The notes under the pieces: model-generated
The model's input: the letters and a program-made list of their open reading frames with translations, nothing else
Databases searched by the model: none
What the model was told of the DNA's origin: nothing
From: an uncultured Candidatus Saccharibacteria bacterium
GTDB taxonomy: Bacteria; Patescibacteriota; Minisyncoccia; UBA6257; Colwellbacteraceae
Assembly (NCBI GenBank): GCA_964609135.1
Contig: CAZSQQ010000001.1
Location: forward strand, 56,673 to 120,672
Direction of reading: 5' to 3'
Length of the DNA stretch: 64,000 bases
Position numbers and translations under genes: made by a program
Shown: positions 36,788 to 45,495 of the stretch, one piece after another
Layout of the letters: each line of letters starts with the position of its first letter
Position numbering within the stretch: the first letter of the stretch is position 1

Positions 36788-37102
36788 TTATGCCAAACGC
36801 AGCCTTTTTAACAAAAGCTTATATCCGCCCGCTCCATGATGGAGCCAGTAATTGACCCTACTTATGGTTGCGGAGCTCATCTTGGTTTGATCCACAATTT
36901 CAAGAAAAGACACGCCCTTGGCCAGCATCTTGGCTACCTGCCAGCGTCTGGCCGCTTCCTGGATCTCCTCAAGCGTCAAAAGATCGCGGAAGAACCGCTC
37001 GCACTCGTCAACGCCCTTGAGCTCTAAAACGGCCTTATAAAGATCGTAAACCTCTCTAGTCCCAATAGTTTTCTCTACAGCTTTAGTCATATTCATTTTC
37101 AC
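36788..37102 (-). CDS. YerC/YecD TrpR-related regulator
   Basis: FFRDLLT..E, RWQVA..L, SSATISRV, GGY. Confidence 0.9.
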   Translation of the reverse strand: MKMNMTKAVEKTIGTREVYDLYKAVLELKGVDECERFFRDLLTLEEIQEAARRWQVAKMLAKGVSFLEIVDQTKMSSATISRVNYWLHHGAGGYKLLLKRLRLA

Positions 37103-37133
37103 TCTTAATTCTTATTGCCCCTCTCTATCTTAT

Positions 37134-37153
37134 CGCTTTAAAGCGCTAAAGTG
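37134..37153. promoter_or_regulatory. Palindromic operator upstream of the YerC-like gene
   Basis: CGCTTTA-N6-TAAAGTG, downstream of a TTGACG/TATTCT promoter and a DnaA box at 37202-37210. Confidence 0.7.
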
Positions 37154-37227
37154 GAATACTACAAAGATAGAATAGCAAACGGGTGGGGACCGTCAAGTCC
37201 CTGTGGATAACTACCTACTCCCCGGAT

Positions 37228-37404
37228 CTACCTATTGAAAGCCGACTTGCTCTCCAGAGAATCCTTAATTATGTCCAAATTACAGCTATGATTTTTACTG
37301 CACCAAGTCTCGCATTTCTTAGCCGTTTCTTCATCCTCATAATGAAATCCGCACTCCCCGCATTGATATAAAATTTTTCCTTCCTTCTCGGATTTGTTAA
37401 CCAT
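37228..37404 (-). CDS. Small Cys-rich Zn-binding protein (58 aa, not in ORF track)
   Basis: MVNKSEKEGKILYQCGECGFHYEDEETAKKCETWCSKNHSCNLDIIKDSLESKSAFNR; paralogue of 14445. Confidence 0.85.
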   Translation of the reverse strand: MVNKSEKEGKILYQCGECGFHYEDEETAKKCETWCSKNHSCNLDIIKDSLESKSAFNR

Positions 37405-37405
37405 G

Positions 37406-37960
37406 TTATTTGTTGCGGCTGTAAAGTCCTACAAGCTCTGCTTTCGCCATAATGTGTCCCCCCATCGCCTGCTCTAACTTTGACTTATCGGATGATGTTG
37501 GAAGATTAAATTCGGTATCAAGTGCGTAAAGCTTGAAGAAATACCTGTGAGTTCCTGATGGCGGGCAGGGACCGCCGTATCCCGGACGACCGAAGCTTGT
37601 CGTTCCTTGGATAGCCCCCGACGGAACACTCCTTTCGTCAACTTCTTTGGTTTCGGGAGAAATATTCCAGACTAGCCAGTGAACCCAAAGACCAACTGGA
37701 GCGTCCGGATCATCCACTATCAAAACCAAACTTTTTGCTTCTTTTGGAATATCGGAAAAGGAAAGCGGCGGATTAATATTCTCCCCGTCACAGGTGTATT
37801 TCGAGGGAATAATTTGGTTATCTTGAAATGATAAACTTGATATTTTCATGTTGCCATTCAAATCTCTGACGGAGGGCTCTTTCTCTCCGTTATTCCTCAA
37901 TACAATAATACCACTCAAGGCAAAAGCCAGTAAAACAATTAAAAAGCCTGCATATTTCAT
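37406..37960 (-). CDS. YbhB/YbcL (PEBP/Raf kinase inhibitor-like) protein
   Basis: YTCDG, DDPDAP, HWLVWNI, GPCPPSGTHRY. Confidence 0.93.
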   Translation of the reverse strand: MKYAGFLIVLLAFALSGIIVLRNNGEKEPSVRDLNGNMKISSLSFQDNQIIPSKYTCDGENINPPLSFSDIPKEAKSLVLIVDDPDAPVGLWVHWLVWNISPETKEVDERSVPSGAIQGTTSFGRPGYGGPCPPSGTHRYFFKLYALDTEFNLPTSSDKSKLEQAMGGHIMAKAELVGLYSRNK

Positions 37961-37967
37961 AGTTCCT

Positions 37968-38246
37968 TCACTCTATCGTAAATTCAGTAAAACCTCTCAA
38001 GTTATCGCTAAATTCGCTTTCTATTTTCGTAACCTCCGCAAACTGCGGTCCCCGATTGCACCATTTCAATAACTCGTTCAAACTCCCTTCATCCCCTTCA
38101 GCTTCCATATAGACACTCCCGTCGGGTTCATTTCTCACGAAACCCTTCAATCCCATTCTTATGGCTACCCCCAAAGCCGAGTGTCTGAAAAGAACTCCCT
38201 GCACCCGACCGCAAACCCTGATATCCATATGTTTCACTCCTAACAT
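37968..38246 (-). CDS. acyP: Acylphosphatase
   Basis: GRVQGVLFR, GFVRNEPDGSV. Confidence 0.92.
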   Translation of the reverse strand: MLGVKHMDIRVCGRVQGVLFRHSALGVAIRMGLKGFVRNEPDGSVYMEAEGDEGSLNELLKWCNRGPQFAEVTKIESEFSDNLRGFTEFTIE

Positions 38247-38269
38247 TTTACTAAGGTGGAGCGCAAAAC

Positions 38270-38293
38270 AAAACCGCCCTTTCGGGCGGTTTT
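38270..38293. terminator. Rho-independent terminator
   Basis: AAAACCGCCC-tttc-GGGCGGTTTT. Confidence 0.8.
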
Positions 38294-38315
38294 GCGAAAG
38301 CAATACGAATTTCGG

Positions 38316-38489
38316 TTACGCCGGCGGACAGCTACATTTTGGCTCTGCCTCACTGCATCCTCCGCACTTGGGCAGGAGATGCCGAGAACCGCACCGGTGA
38401 TTGGTATCGGGCTCCATTGCTTCGGCACCGCACACATCACACTTGTAACCGTCGGTCGGCATGCCGCAATTCATACAGCTTCCTTCCAT
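38316..38489 (-). CDS. Small Cys-rich metal-binding protein (57 aa, not in ORF track)
   Basis: MEGSCMNCGMPTDGYKCDVCGAEAMEPDTNHRCGSRHLLPKCGGCSEAEPKCSCPPA; TATAAT and AAGGG upstream, terminator downstream. Confidence 0.8.
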   Translation of the reverse strand: MEGSCMNCGMPTDGYKCDVCGAEAMEPDTNHRCGSRHLLPKCGGCSEAEPKCSCPPA

Positions 38490-38536
38490 ATACCCTTATA
38501 TTATACAAAATCGGTAATACCAATCAAAGTGAGTTA

Positions 38537-39190
38537 TTAACTTCTATTTAATCCGGCTAAGGGGCAGTTTTCATGATTATGGGGCCTGGCCGGACAATAC
38601 TTTCTCCCGTAGTCGATCAAGAGATATGTTATTTTAAACCAATCTCTCTTGGGAATGATTTGCATTAAATCTTTTTCAATCTTAATCGGATCGGTGTGAT
38701 TTGTTAACCCTAGAAGCTTTGACAAACGTATCACATGAGTATCCACGGCTATACCCTCAACCACTCCGTAGGCGTTTCCCAAGATGACGTTCGCGCTTTT
38801 TCTCCCTATGCCAGGAATAGTTAACATCCCCTTCATTGTCTTCGGCATTCTTCCTCTAAATTTCTCTTTAATTATTCTAGCTGCCGCCAAAATATTCTTG
38901 GCTTTGGCCCGGTAGAAGCCAGTGGGTTTGATATCCTGTTCAAATTCCTTGAGGTTGGCTCTGACATAATCATTCAGGGTCCTGTATTTCTTAAAAAGTT
39001 TGGCCGTCACTTCATTAACCTTTTTGTCGGTACACTGGGCTGATAAAACTACGGCTGCCAGAAGCTCCCAATTATTGCCGTAGCGGAGGACAATCTTGGC
39101 TTCTGGCAAGAGTTTCTTTAGGGTTTCAAGTATTTTGGCTGCTTTTTCCTTGCACTTCTCGAGTTCTTTGGGTGGAATTTGCTTCACCAT
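38537..39190 (-). CDS. nth: Endonuclease III
   Basis: LSAQCTD, IPGIGRKSAN, AVDTHV. Confidence 0.93.
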   Translation of the reverse strand: MVKQIPPKELEKCKEKAAKILETLKKLLPEAKIVLRYGNNWELLAAVVLSAQCTDKKVNEVTAKLFKKYRTLNDYVRANLKEFEQDIKPTGFYRAKAKNILAAARIIKEKFRGRMPKTMKGMLTIPGIGRKSANVILGNAYGVVEGIAVDTHVIRLSKLLGLTNHTDPIKIEKDLMQIIPKRDWFKITYLLIDYGRKYCPARPHNHENCPLAGLNRS

Positions 39191-39192
39191 GA

Positions 39193-39822
39193 CTATAGTT
39201 CTATTTCACCGCCCGCTCCCAAAGAAACAAATTGTATTCCCAACTCACCTAAGATATGTGGACCAAACCGATCTATAGCGCCGAAAGTAATAAAATCATG
39301 GACCGAAAAGCAGGTTTTCGGCTTAATCTCTTTGGCGTAATCAATGGCCTCTGAAATCTTAAGCCAGGGGGCAGAAGTTGGTAAGGCTAAAATATCAACT
39401 GGTTTTCCCGGATTGGTAAATGCATCACCTGGATAAAAAAGTTTGTTTTGGATGAAATAACCAGTATTTGATACTGGTGAAACGGTTGGATAAATCACTG
39501 CATGCCATTCTCCAAACCCTTCGATTAATACATCGCTAACAGTAGTGCTTTGCCCCTGTTCTAAAAGCTCATATTTTATTCCTTCATTATCCAAAATTTT
39601 CTCTACTCCTTTATTAGTTAGTACTCGTGCACCTGGATTATTAGCCAAAACTTTCTTTAAAGATTCCACATGCAAATGATCTTGGTGCTCATGGGTAATT
39701 AAAATCAAATTTATATTCTTTAACTCATTTTGAGCAGTCGTAAAACTACCTGGGTCAGTCAAAATCCTCAAACCCTCCTCTTCAATCACTAAACACGAAT
39801 GTCCTAATTTCTTTATTTTCAT
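39193..39822 (-). CDS. Metallo-beta-lactamase fold hydrolase
   Basis: GHSC, THEHQDH, PGD, VHD. Confidence 0.9.
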   Translation of the reverse strand: MKIKKLGHSCLVIEEEGLRILTDPGSFTTAQNELKNINLILITHEHQDHLHVESLKKVLANNPGARVLTNKGVEKILDNEGIKYELLEQGQSTTVSDVLIEGFGEWHAVIYPTVSPVSNTGYFIQNKLFYPGDAFTNPGKPVDILALPTSAPWLKISEAIDYAKEIKPKTCFSVHDFITFGAIDRFGPHILGELGIQFVSLGAGGEIEL

Positions 39823-39824
39823 GT

Positions 39825-40787
39825 TTATTCCTCGCAGCCCGAAAAAGTAAAAGCGTAAGCTTGAAAAATTCCTTCCTTGGCTTCGATAGTCAAAAATCCT
39901 CCGATCAGTTTATCACCTTTTATCAAATTATAAAGTTGTGATTTGGTAACCTTAATCTCCCCCGCATCATTCACATCCCTGCCCCTGATTTCAGATAAGA
40001 TGGGTTTGCCATCCATTCTAACAACTGTCGTGGCTTCACCGTTCGGAGCGGCCATTACCAAATTAACTTCGGTCGCGTGAAAATTCAATAAAAGCGTTGC
40101 TCCTTTTTCAGCTGATTCCACATACTCGCCTCTCGCCACAAATTTATGAGCCAAGGCAATAGAATCCTCTCTTATTTTGGCCGGCGCCTGATAATCAAAA
40201 ACTTCATTCTCTTTATAACCGCCTTCATTGCTTAAAAATCCTCTTCCGTATCCGCAGTAAGTTTCCGGCGTGGGAATAAAGCAGACCTGGCCGTGAGCGT
40301 GTTCGCCTGTACGAACTTCCGGCATTGGCTTTGCTCCGCCCTCCGTCAAAAGCTCCTGAATTTTATTTTCAGTTTCGGCATATCCCCCTTCTCCGAAGTG
40401 CGTATAAACGATTTTGCCCGTCTTATCGGCTAAATACTTGGCCGGCCAATAATGATTGGCAAAATCATTCCAGTTTACAAAATCATTGTCCTGAACTACC
40501 GGCCACTCCACCCCCAAGTCCTTGATGGCCGCCTTCACGTTTTCCGGATCTTTTTCGAATTCAAACTCCGGAGTATGGATTCCGATAATCATTAATCCTT
40601 TATCCTTATATCTCTTCCACCACTCCTTTATATAAGGAAGTGTTCTCTGGCAATTGATACAGGAATAAGTCCAAAAATCGTACAAAACAACTTTGCCTAG
40701 TAAATCCTCCGGCGTTAACGCCAGTCCGCCAACCGGCGAATTAAACCAACTATCGCCAATTATCTTTGGTTGCCGCACTGAAAACAT
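39825..40787 (-). CDS. DipZ-like thioredoxin plus C-terminal domain protein
   Basis: DFWTYSCINC, HTPEFEFEK, TPETY.GY, AYAFTFS. Confidence 0.88.
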   Translation of the reverse strand: MFSVRQPKIIGDSWFNSPVGGLALTPEDLLGKVVLYDFWTYSCINCQRTLPYIKEWWKRYKDKGLMIIGIHTPEFEFEKDPENVKAAIKDLGVEWPVVQDNDFVNWNDFANHYWPAKYLADKTGKIVYTHFGEGGYAETENKIQELLTEGGAKPMPEVRTGEHAHGQVCFIPTPETYCGYGRGFLSNEGGYKENEVFDYQAPAKIREDSIALAHKFVARGEYVESAEKGATLLLNFHATEVNLVMAAPNGEATTVVRMDGKPILSEIRGRDVNDAGEIKVTKSQLYNLIKGDKLIGGFLTIEAKEGIFQAYAFTFSGCEE

Positions 40788-40791
40788 CAGT

Positions 40792-41061
40792 TTACAAAAG
40801 AGAAATTACCTGCAATCCTTTTTCTTTAACCGTTTCTGCTGAATAAAAAGGCAGCTTATCGGCTTTAAACTTTAAAACGTAGCCGACCTTCTTCTCGATA
40901 CTTCTCCCTGTATATTGCTTAGTTTCTGGATCATACTCTTCTAAAATCAGCGTGTCGCCTTCCTTGACTTCGAAATCGGCTATTCTCAAATCAAAAGTCT
41001 TCTTGCCTCGAAGAACCTGTTCAAAGAGTTCCAGCCAAGCTTTTTTCTTGATTATTGCCAC
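40792..41061 (-). CDS. ASCH/DUF3850 domain protein
   Basis: GKKTFDLR, GDTLILEEYD, YTGR. Confidence 0.8.
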   Translation of the reverse strand: MAIIKKKAWLELFEQVLRGKKTFDLRIADFEVKEGDTLILEEYDPETKQYTGRSIEKKVGYVLKFKADKLPFYSAETVKEKGLQVISLL

Positions 41062-41249
41062 TATTTGCCGAACCTAAAAGCCTGTGAAGCCAAGAAACCG
41101 GCAACTACCACCCCCGCATAGCTTATCCACATGGGCACTTCATAGTCACCGATGACTGCCGTCCAACCCAAAACAACTCTTGAAATGTGAAGTAAGGTAA
41201 TAAGAGCAAAAATGATACCGGTTATTTGGAAATAAGTTTTATGAGTCAT
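41061..41249 (-). CDS. Small two-TM membrane protein
   Basis: MTHKTYFQ..LLHISR..PMWISY. Confidence 0.7.
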   Translation of the reverse strand: MTHKTYFQITGIIFALITLLHISRVVLGWTAVIGDYEVPMWISYAGVVVAGFLASQAFRFGK

Positions 41250-41271
41250 ATTAGTCTTCCTCTTCCGACCT

Positions 41272-42027
41272 TTATCCCTCAAATTTTCTAACAGATTGTC
41301 TGTATAAGCAATAATCGCAATCATCTCCCGGCGCGGGCATTTCGTCCCTCATCAAACACTTATGCGCCTGAAGAATCGCGTCCTCAACCCACGAGTCGTC
41401 TCCTTCGTAGGGAATGACTTTGATGTCAAACTCCAGTTTGCCGTCAAAAGCCTTCTTATCGGTATCGGCGTTGCAATAGACAAAGTAGCCGGTATTCGAA
41501 ACCTTGAATCCGTTCTTGCGGAATAGCCACTGGTAAACCTCCATCTGTCTCTTATAGCCATCCTGCCACTCGGCATCAAGATTCACCTCTCCGTTCTTGG
41601 AAGTCGCTTTGTAATCAACTATATGCAGTTCACCTTCGGGATTAATCCAGACATCATCAATACCACCTCTTATAAGCATGTTGGTCGGCTGGTGCAAGTA
41701 CTGTATTCCTCTCGTTCGCGAATCTCTCCATTCCTCAAGTCTCTCATCCTGAAAAGGCACGGCATCAATCCCGTAAGCTTTCATCAAAGGATGAGTTGTC
41801 TCCTTCGCCCTATGAATATCAAATTCCTTTTTGAGAAGCGTATCAACCGCATTGTTCAAATTGAAGGGATACCCGGGCGGACGGCCGACTCCCATTTTTT
41901 TCTCCAAATAAAAACACCTGGGGCACTCGATAAAAAGATCAATGCCGCTCCGGCTAAGGCTGAACGGCTCGTGAGAATCTGCCTGAAAAAGGTTTCTTGT
42001 CTTCTGGGGATTATAAAACTGGGACAT
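41272..42027 (-). CDS. PD-(D/E)XK nuclease (AddB/Cas4-like)
   Basis: CPRCFY, GGIDD, IVDYK, QMEVY, CDYC. Confidence 0.88.
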   Translation of the reverse strand: MSQFYNPQKTRNLFQADSHEPFSLSRSGIDLFIECPRCFYLEKKMGVGRPPGYPFNLNNAVDTLLKKEFDIHRAKETTHPLMKAYGIDAVPFQDERLEEWRDSRTRGIQYLHQPTNMLIRGGIDDVWINPEGELHIVDYKATSKNGEVNLDAEWQDGYKRQMEVYQWLFRKNGFKVSNTGYFVYCNADTDKKAFDGKLEFDIKVIPYEGDDSWVEDAILQAHKCLMRDEMPAPGDDCDYCLYRQSVRKFEG

Positions 42028-42056
42028 GGTTCACCGTATTCTACACTATCTTCTGT

Positions 42057-42818
42057 TCAAGCCGCGAGCCATCCGCCGTCAACATAAAAAGTAGCGCCGG
42101 TTACATAACTCGCCTCCTCCGAAGCTAAGAAGATTACCATTGCCGAAACCTCCTCTGGTTTGCCGATTCTTTTCAGGGGAACGCCCGCCAAAAAGGCTTC
42201 CATCGCTTCTTTGGACATATTGGCATCCTGAACCATCGGTGTATCAATCGCTCCCGGAGCAACGACATTCACGTTTATCCCCAAAGGCGCCCACTCAACC
42301 GCCAAAGTTTCTGACATTCCTATAATGCCGCCTTTCGAGGCCGTATAGTGCGCTCCTCCCGCAATCCCTATCCCGACCTGCCCCGAAGCAATTGAAGAAA
42401 TATTGATGATTCTCCCCCACTTATTCTTAGCCATCTCTGCCGCCGCACGCTTAGCGCAAAGAAATTGGCCTTTCAAATTAATATCAATCGTTCTATCCCA
42501 GTCCTCTTCTGTTAAATCAAGCGCCGGCTTCGGAGCATAGATGCCGGCGTTATTAACCAAAATATCCAAGCGACCGAAGAGATTCACGGCTTCGGTAAAA
42601 ACCTTGTCCACTTCATTCGTGTCCGAAACATCCATTTTGAAAGCCGCCGCCTCTCCGCCTTTGGATTTGATTTCCCCCATCACTTTCTCGCACTCTGCGA
42701 GATCAACATCGGTCACCGCCACCTTCGCCCCTTGGGAAGCCAAAGCCAAAGCGTGGGCTCGCCCCATACCGCGGCGGGCGCCCGTGACTAATGCTACTTT
42801 TCCGGTTAGGTCAAACAT
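42057..42818 (-). CDS. Short-chain dehydrogenase/reductase (FabG-like)
   Basis: TGARRGMG, NNAG, YTASK, VDGG. Confidence 0.93.
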   Translation of the reverse strand: MFDLTGKVALVTGARRGMGRAHALALASQGAKVAVTDVDLAECEKVMGEIKSKGGEAAAFKMDVSDTNEVDKVFTEAVNLFGRLDILVNNAGIYAPKPALDLTEEDWDRTIDINLKGQFLCAKRAAAEMAKNKWGRIINISSIASGQVGIGIAGGAHYTASKGGIIGMSETLAVEWAPLGINVNVVAPGAIDTPMVQDANMSKEAMEAFLAGVPLKRIGKPEEVSAMVIFLASEEASYVTGATFYVDGGWLAA

Positions 42819-42885
42819 TTGTTTACAATGAGAGTTTTTCTATGCTTGCTATGTAACCTTTCACGCTTAAATTATACACCTCTGG

Positions 42886-43395
42886 CTAAATAGTCTGCCA
42901 ATTTAACGTCCAGATAACATAGTTAAGATACATCGCAAAGCTTACCCAAAGGATATAAGGAACGAGAAGATATGCGGCCGGGCGGGAGATTTTGTAAAAG
43001 ACGGCGATTGTCCAGAGAATGGTGAGCCAGAGTGCGATGATATTAGCTAAAGCCCAGCCGGGACTTTGCAATCCAAAAAAGACAACCGACCAAAGCGCGT
43101 TTAGGATGAGTTGAAAACCGAATATGTAAATTGCGATTTTGACTTCTTTCTTCTCCCATCCTCCACGCCATATGAAGAATGCCGCAACACCCATCAAAAA
43201 ATAAAGCGTTATCCAAACCGGCCCAAACACCCACGCTGGTGGATTAAGCGCCGGCTTTACAAGTCCAGCATACCAAGTCAGTCCCGAAACGGCTTGTGGT
43301 GAGCTTGTCAAACCCATAAAAACAGAGCCGACAACTCCGGCAAGCTCGGACACAAAGACAGCGATGATTAATTTGAACAAATCATTAACTTTCAC
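42886..43395 (-). CDS. TspO/MBR family protein with REP-like insertion
   Basis: WY..L.KP..NPP.WVFGPVW, LNALWS, PYILWVSFA; insert at about 43292-43314. Confidence 0.92.
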   Translation of the reverse strand: MKVNDLFKLIIAVFVSELAGVVGSVFMGLTSSPQAVSGLTWYAGLVKPALNPPAWVFGPVWITLYFLMGVAAFFIWRGGWEKKEVKIAIYIFGFQLILNALWSVVFFGLQSPGWALANIIALWLTILWTIAVFYKISRPAAYLLVPYILWVSFAMYLNYVIWTLNWQTI

Positions 43396-43422
43396 CTCTT
43401 AGATTTTATCACCTTCCCCGAA

Positions 43423-43644
43423 TTATAAACTAATCTCAAAAATCTTGTTTTTTGATCTGGCTCCTTTAACCAATCTGATTCTTCCCAAAGGAATCCTAAG
43501 GCGTGTGGATAAAGTTTTTATAACCGCTTTGTTAGCCAGCCCTCTTTCCGGCTTGGCCCTAACGTAAACCTCAAAACTATCCTCCGCTTTCTTGATTATT
43601 TTATCCTTTTTAGAGCCAGGATGGGCTTTGACCTTGAAATACAT
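43423..43644 (-). CDS. DUF167 (YggU) family protein
   Basis: PERGLANKA, GARSKNK. Confidence 0.88.
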   Translation of the reverse strand: MYFKVKAHPGSKKDKIIKKAEDSFEVYVRAKPERGLANKAVIKTLSTRLRIPLGRIRLVKGARSKNKIFEISL

Positions 43645-43675
43645 TTGGTCTATTTCACCATTCTACCACTCACGC

Positions 43676-43772
43676 CTACCCTGAGCGACTTGTCCTGTCT
43701 GCCCTGAAAAACTTGAAGGGAGTCTCATCGAAGGAAGTCGAATGGGACCTGTCCTGAGCCGAGCCGAAGGGT
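43676..43772. repeat. Nested intergenic REP-like cluster
   Basis: Several interleaved CCTGAG/CCTG..GAAGG arms plus CCTGTCCTGAGCCGAGCCGAAGGG. Confidence 0.7.
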
Positions 43773-43774
43773 AC

Positions 43775-43811
43775 AAAAAACCGCCCCTCCGTTTCCAGAA
43801 GAGCGGTTTTT
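43775..43811. terminator. Rho-independent terminator after the cold-shock gene
   Basis: AAAAACCGC...GCGGTTTTT. Confidence 0.75.
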
Positions 43812-43826
43812 CGTTTGCGTAGGGTT

Positions 43827-44024
43827 CTAAGCGCGCGAGACGTTCACTGCGGCAGGGCCCTTTTCGGTTTCGCTTACCTCAAAGGTGACCTTATCGCCAA
43901 CCTTCAATTCGTCGAAAGTAACGCCCTTCAACTCGTTAGAGTGAAAGAAAAGATCCTTGTCCTCGCCTTCGCGGGCAATGAATCCAAATCCCTTCTGTGT
44001 AAGAGTCTTGATTGTTCCTTGCAT
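43827..44024 (-). CDS. Cold-shock protein
   Basis: KGFGFI, DLFFH, KGPAAVNV. Confidence 0.95.
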   Translation of the reverse strand: MQGTIKTLTQKGFGFIAREGEDKDLFFHSNELKGVTFDELKVGDKVTFEVSETEKGPAAVNVSRA

Positions 44025-44124
44025 TTGGTTGTTTATATTGTTGCTACGAGAAACTCGACATGTTTTCGCTTCCTAATGGTCTAGATGCAATAGACAAAAA
44101 TGATGCCCTATAAGCCCTGTTTTG

Positions 44125-44325
44125 TCAATTCTGCGACAGAATGTTTTGGACCCGGCCTACCTGGCCATTTGTAAGGCGCACTTTTATGCCGTGCGGGTGG
44201 AATTCGGAGTTGGTTAGGATTTCAGCCACCAGTCCGCGAGTAAGTTCTCCGCCCGCCTGATCGGCTTTTAGAACTACTTCCACTTCCATTCCCGGTTTTA
44301 TATCTTTCCTATTCTGCCCGCTCAT
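44125..44325 (-). CDS. YwbE/DUF2196 family protein
   Basis: VLKADQ, HPHGIKVRL..GQVGRV. Confidence 0.9.
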   Translation of the reverse strand: MSGQNRKDIKPGMEVEVVLKADQAGGELTRGLVAEILTNSEFHPHGIKVRLTNGQVGRVQNILSQN

Positions 44326-44329
44326 AGTT

Positions 44330-44725
44330 TCAGGGATTTGGCTTTTTCTGAAAGTTCAAATTTTTCCATCTCCTAATTTTTTCGTTGGCCAAATAGTTAT
44401 TTGTAATTTTGGATTTTATACTGCTGATTGCATAATCTAATAAATCTTTGTAATACTTCTAGGTAACAGACCTTGCATTTTCACTAGCTCCTGTATTTAT
44501 AACTTCTTGGGCCACTTGAATACATTTTTTAGCTTTCACAATTCTCTGCTGCTCTCGTAAAATAATCTCTGTGCTATCGGCTATGTCACCAATTCTACCC
44601 TTTACATACATATCTACAGATTAACTTCTAGTCGTATTGAAAAATTTAGCTCTTTTATCTAAATCGCTTTCAAGTTCTTTTTTGGTGGGAACTTTATATC
44701 GTGCGGAGATTCTTTTTCTACCCAT
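44330..44725 (-). pseudogene. Possible pseudogene with two in-frame stops
   Basis: One frame from ATG 44725, interrupted only by TAA (44621) and TAG (44459). Confidence 0.4.
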
Positions 44726-44778
44726 AAATTTATTCCCCTAATTTTTTTGTTGGCTAGTTAGTCAATTTCATTCTCTAT

Positions 44779-45414
44779 CTATACAAAATTCATATTTTCT
44801 TCCTTTAAAAACTTTTGAAGTATAGAATTATTAGAAATAATAAATCTGTTACTGAAACCTAAACCAAATTCATTTTCATCTTTAAGAGGTTTTAGCTTTA
44901 ACAACTTTCTCATTTCGAGTATAAAAAGATCCATATATGATCTTTCTTCCGGTATAAAAAGAGTATACACACTTGGTCCTGTTTTTTTAAATTCTGGATA
45001 CCTACTAATCTCATAAAAAAGGTTATATTTTTTAACTATAAAATCTAGATATTTTGAAGTTAAAACCACGCTTTCTAAATTACTTGCTTCATCTGTACAA
45101 TTCTTTAGTAGTTTTTCCAAATCATGCTCAAATAATCCAATGGAACCCTTTTTAAGAATTAGAAAAGATTTTAAGTAATTTTCTATACTTTGATGGAAAA
45201 GAAATAAAAATGTTTCGATGCCCATTCTACATAAAATTCTACCAGCAAAATATAAATCAGTTCCTTTCTCAGCGTATCCACTAAAACTTTTTCTAGATAT
45301 TTTTGAAATTAATTTATTAGACTTTTTGGGATACAAATTTTGACCAAATTGCAACTCACAATAATTTTTAACGAATTTGTAATCGCTAAAATTTCTTATA
45401 CTCTGATTTGCCAT
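44779..45414 (-). CDS. HEPN domain protein
   Basis: HQSIENYLKS, HDLEKL, SRYP; AT-rich. Confidence 0.75.
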   Translation of the reverse strand: MANQSIRNFSDYKFVKNYCELQFGQNLYPKKSNKLISKISRKSFSGYAEKGTDLYFAGRILCRMGIETFLFLFHQSIENYLKSFLILKKGSIGLFEHDLEKLLKNCTDEASNLESVVLTSKYLDFIVKKYNLFYEISRYPEFKKTGPSVYTLFIPEERSYMDLFILEMRKLLKLKPLKDENEFGLGFSNRFIISNNSILQKFLKEENMNFV

Positions 45415-45495
45415 ACATAATCTTAGTTCTCAATCATTTCTTCGACCTTTTGCTTGAGATTCTAACTGAATTATCAATCTTAAAATAGGTGCCTA

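Noticed and set aside
41272-42027. Cas4-like nuclease suggesting a CRISPR-Cas locus
   Set aside because: No other cas genes and no regularly spaced repeat-spacer array in the window
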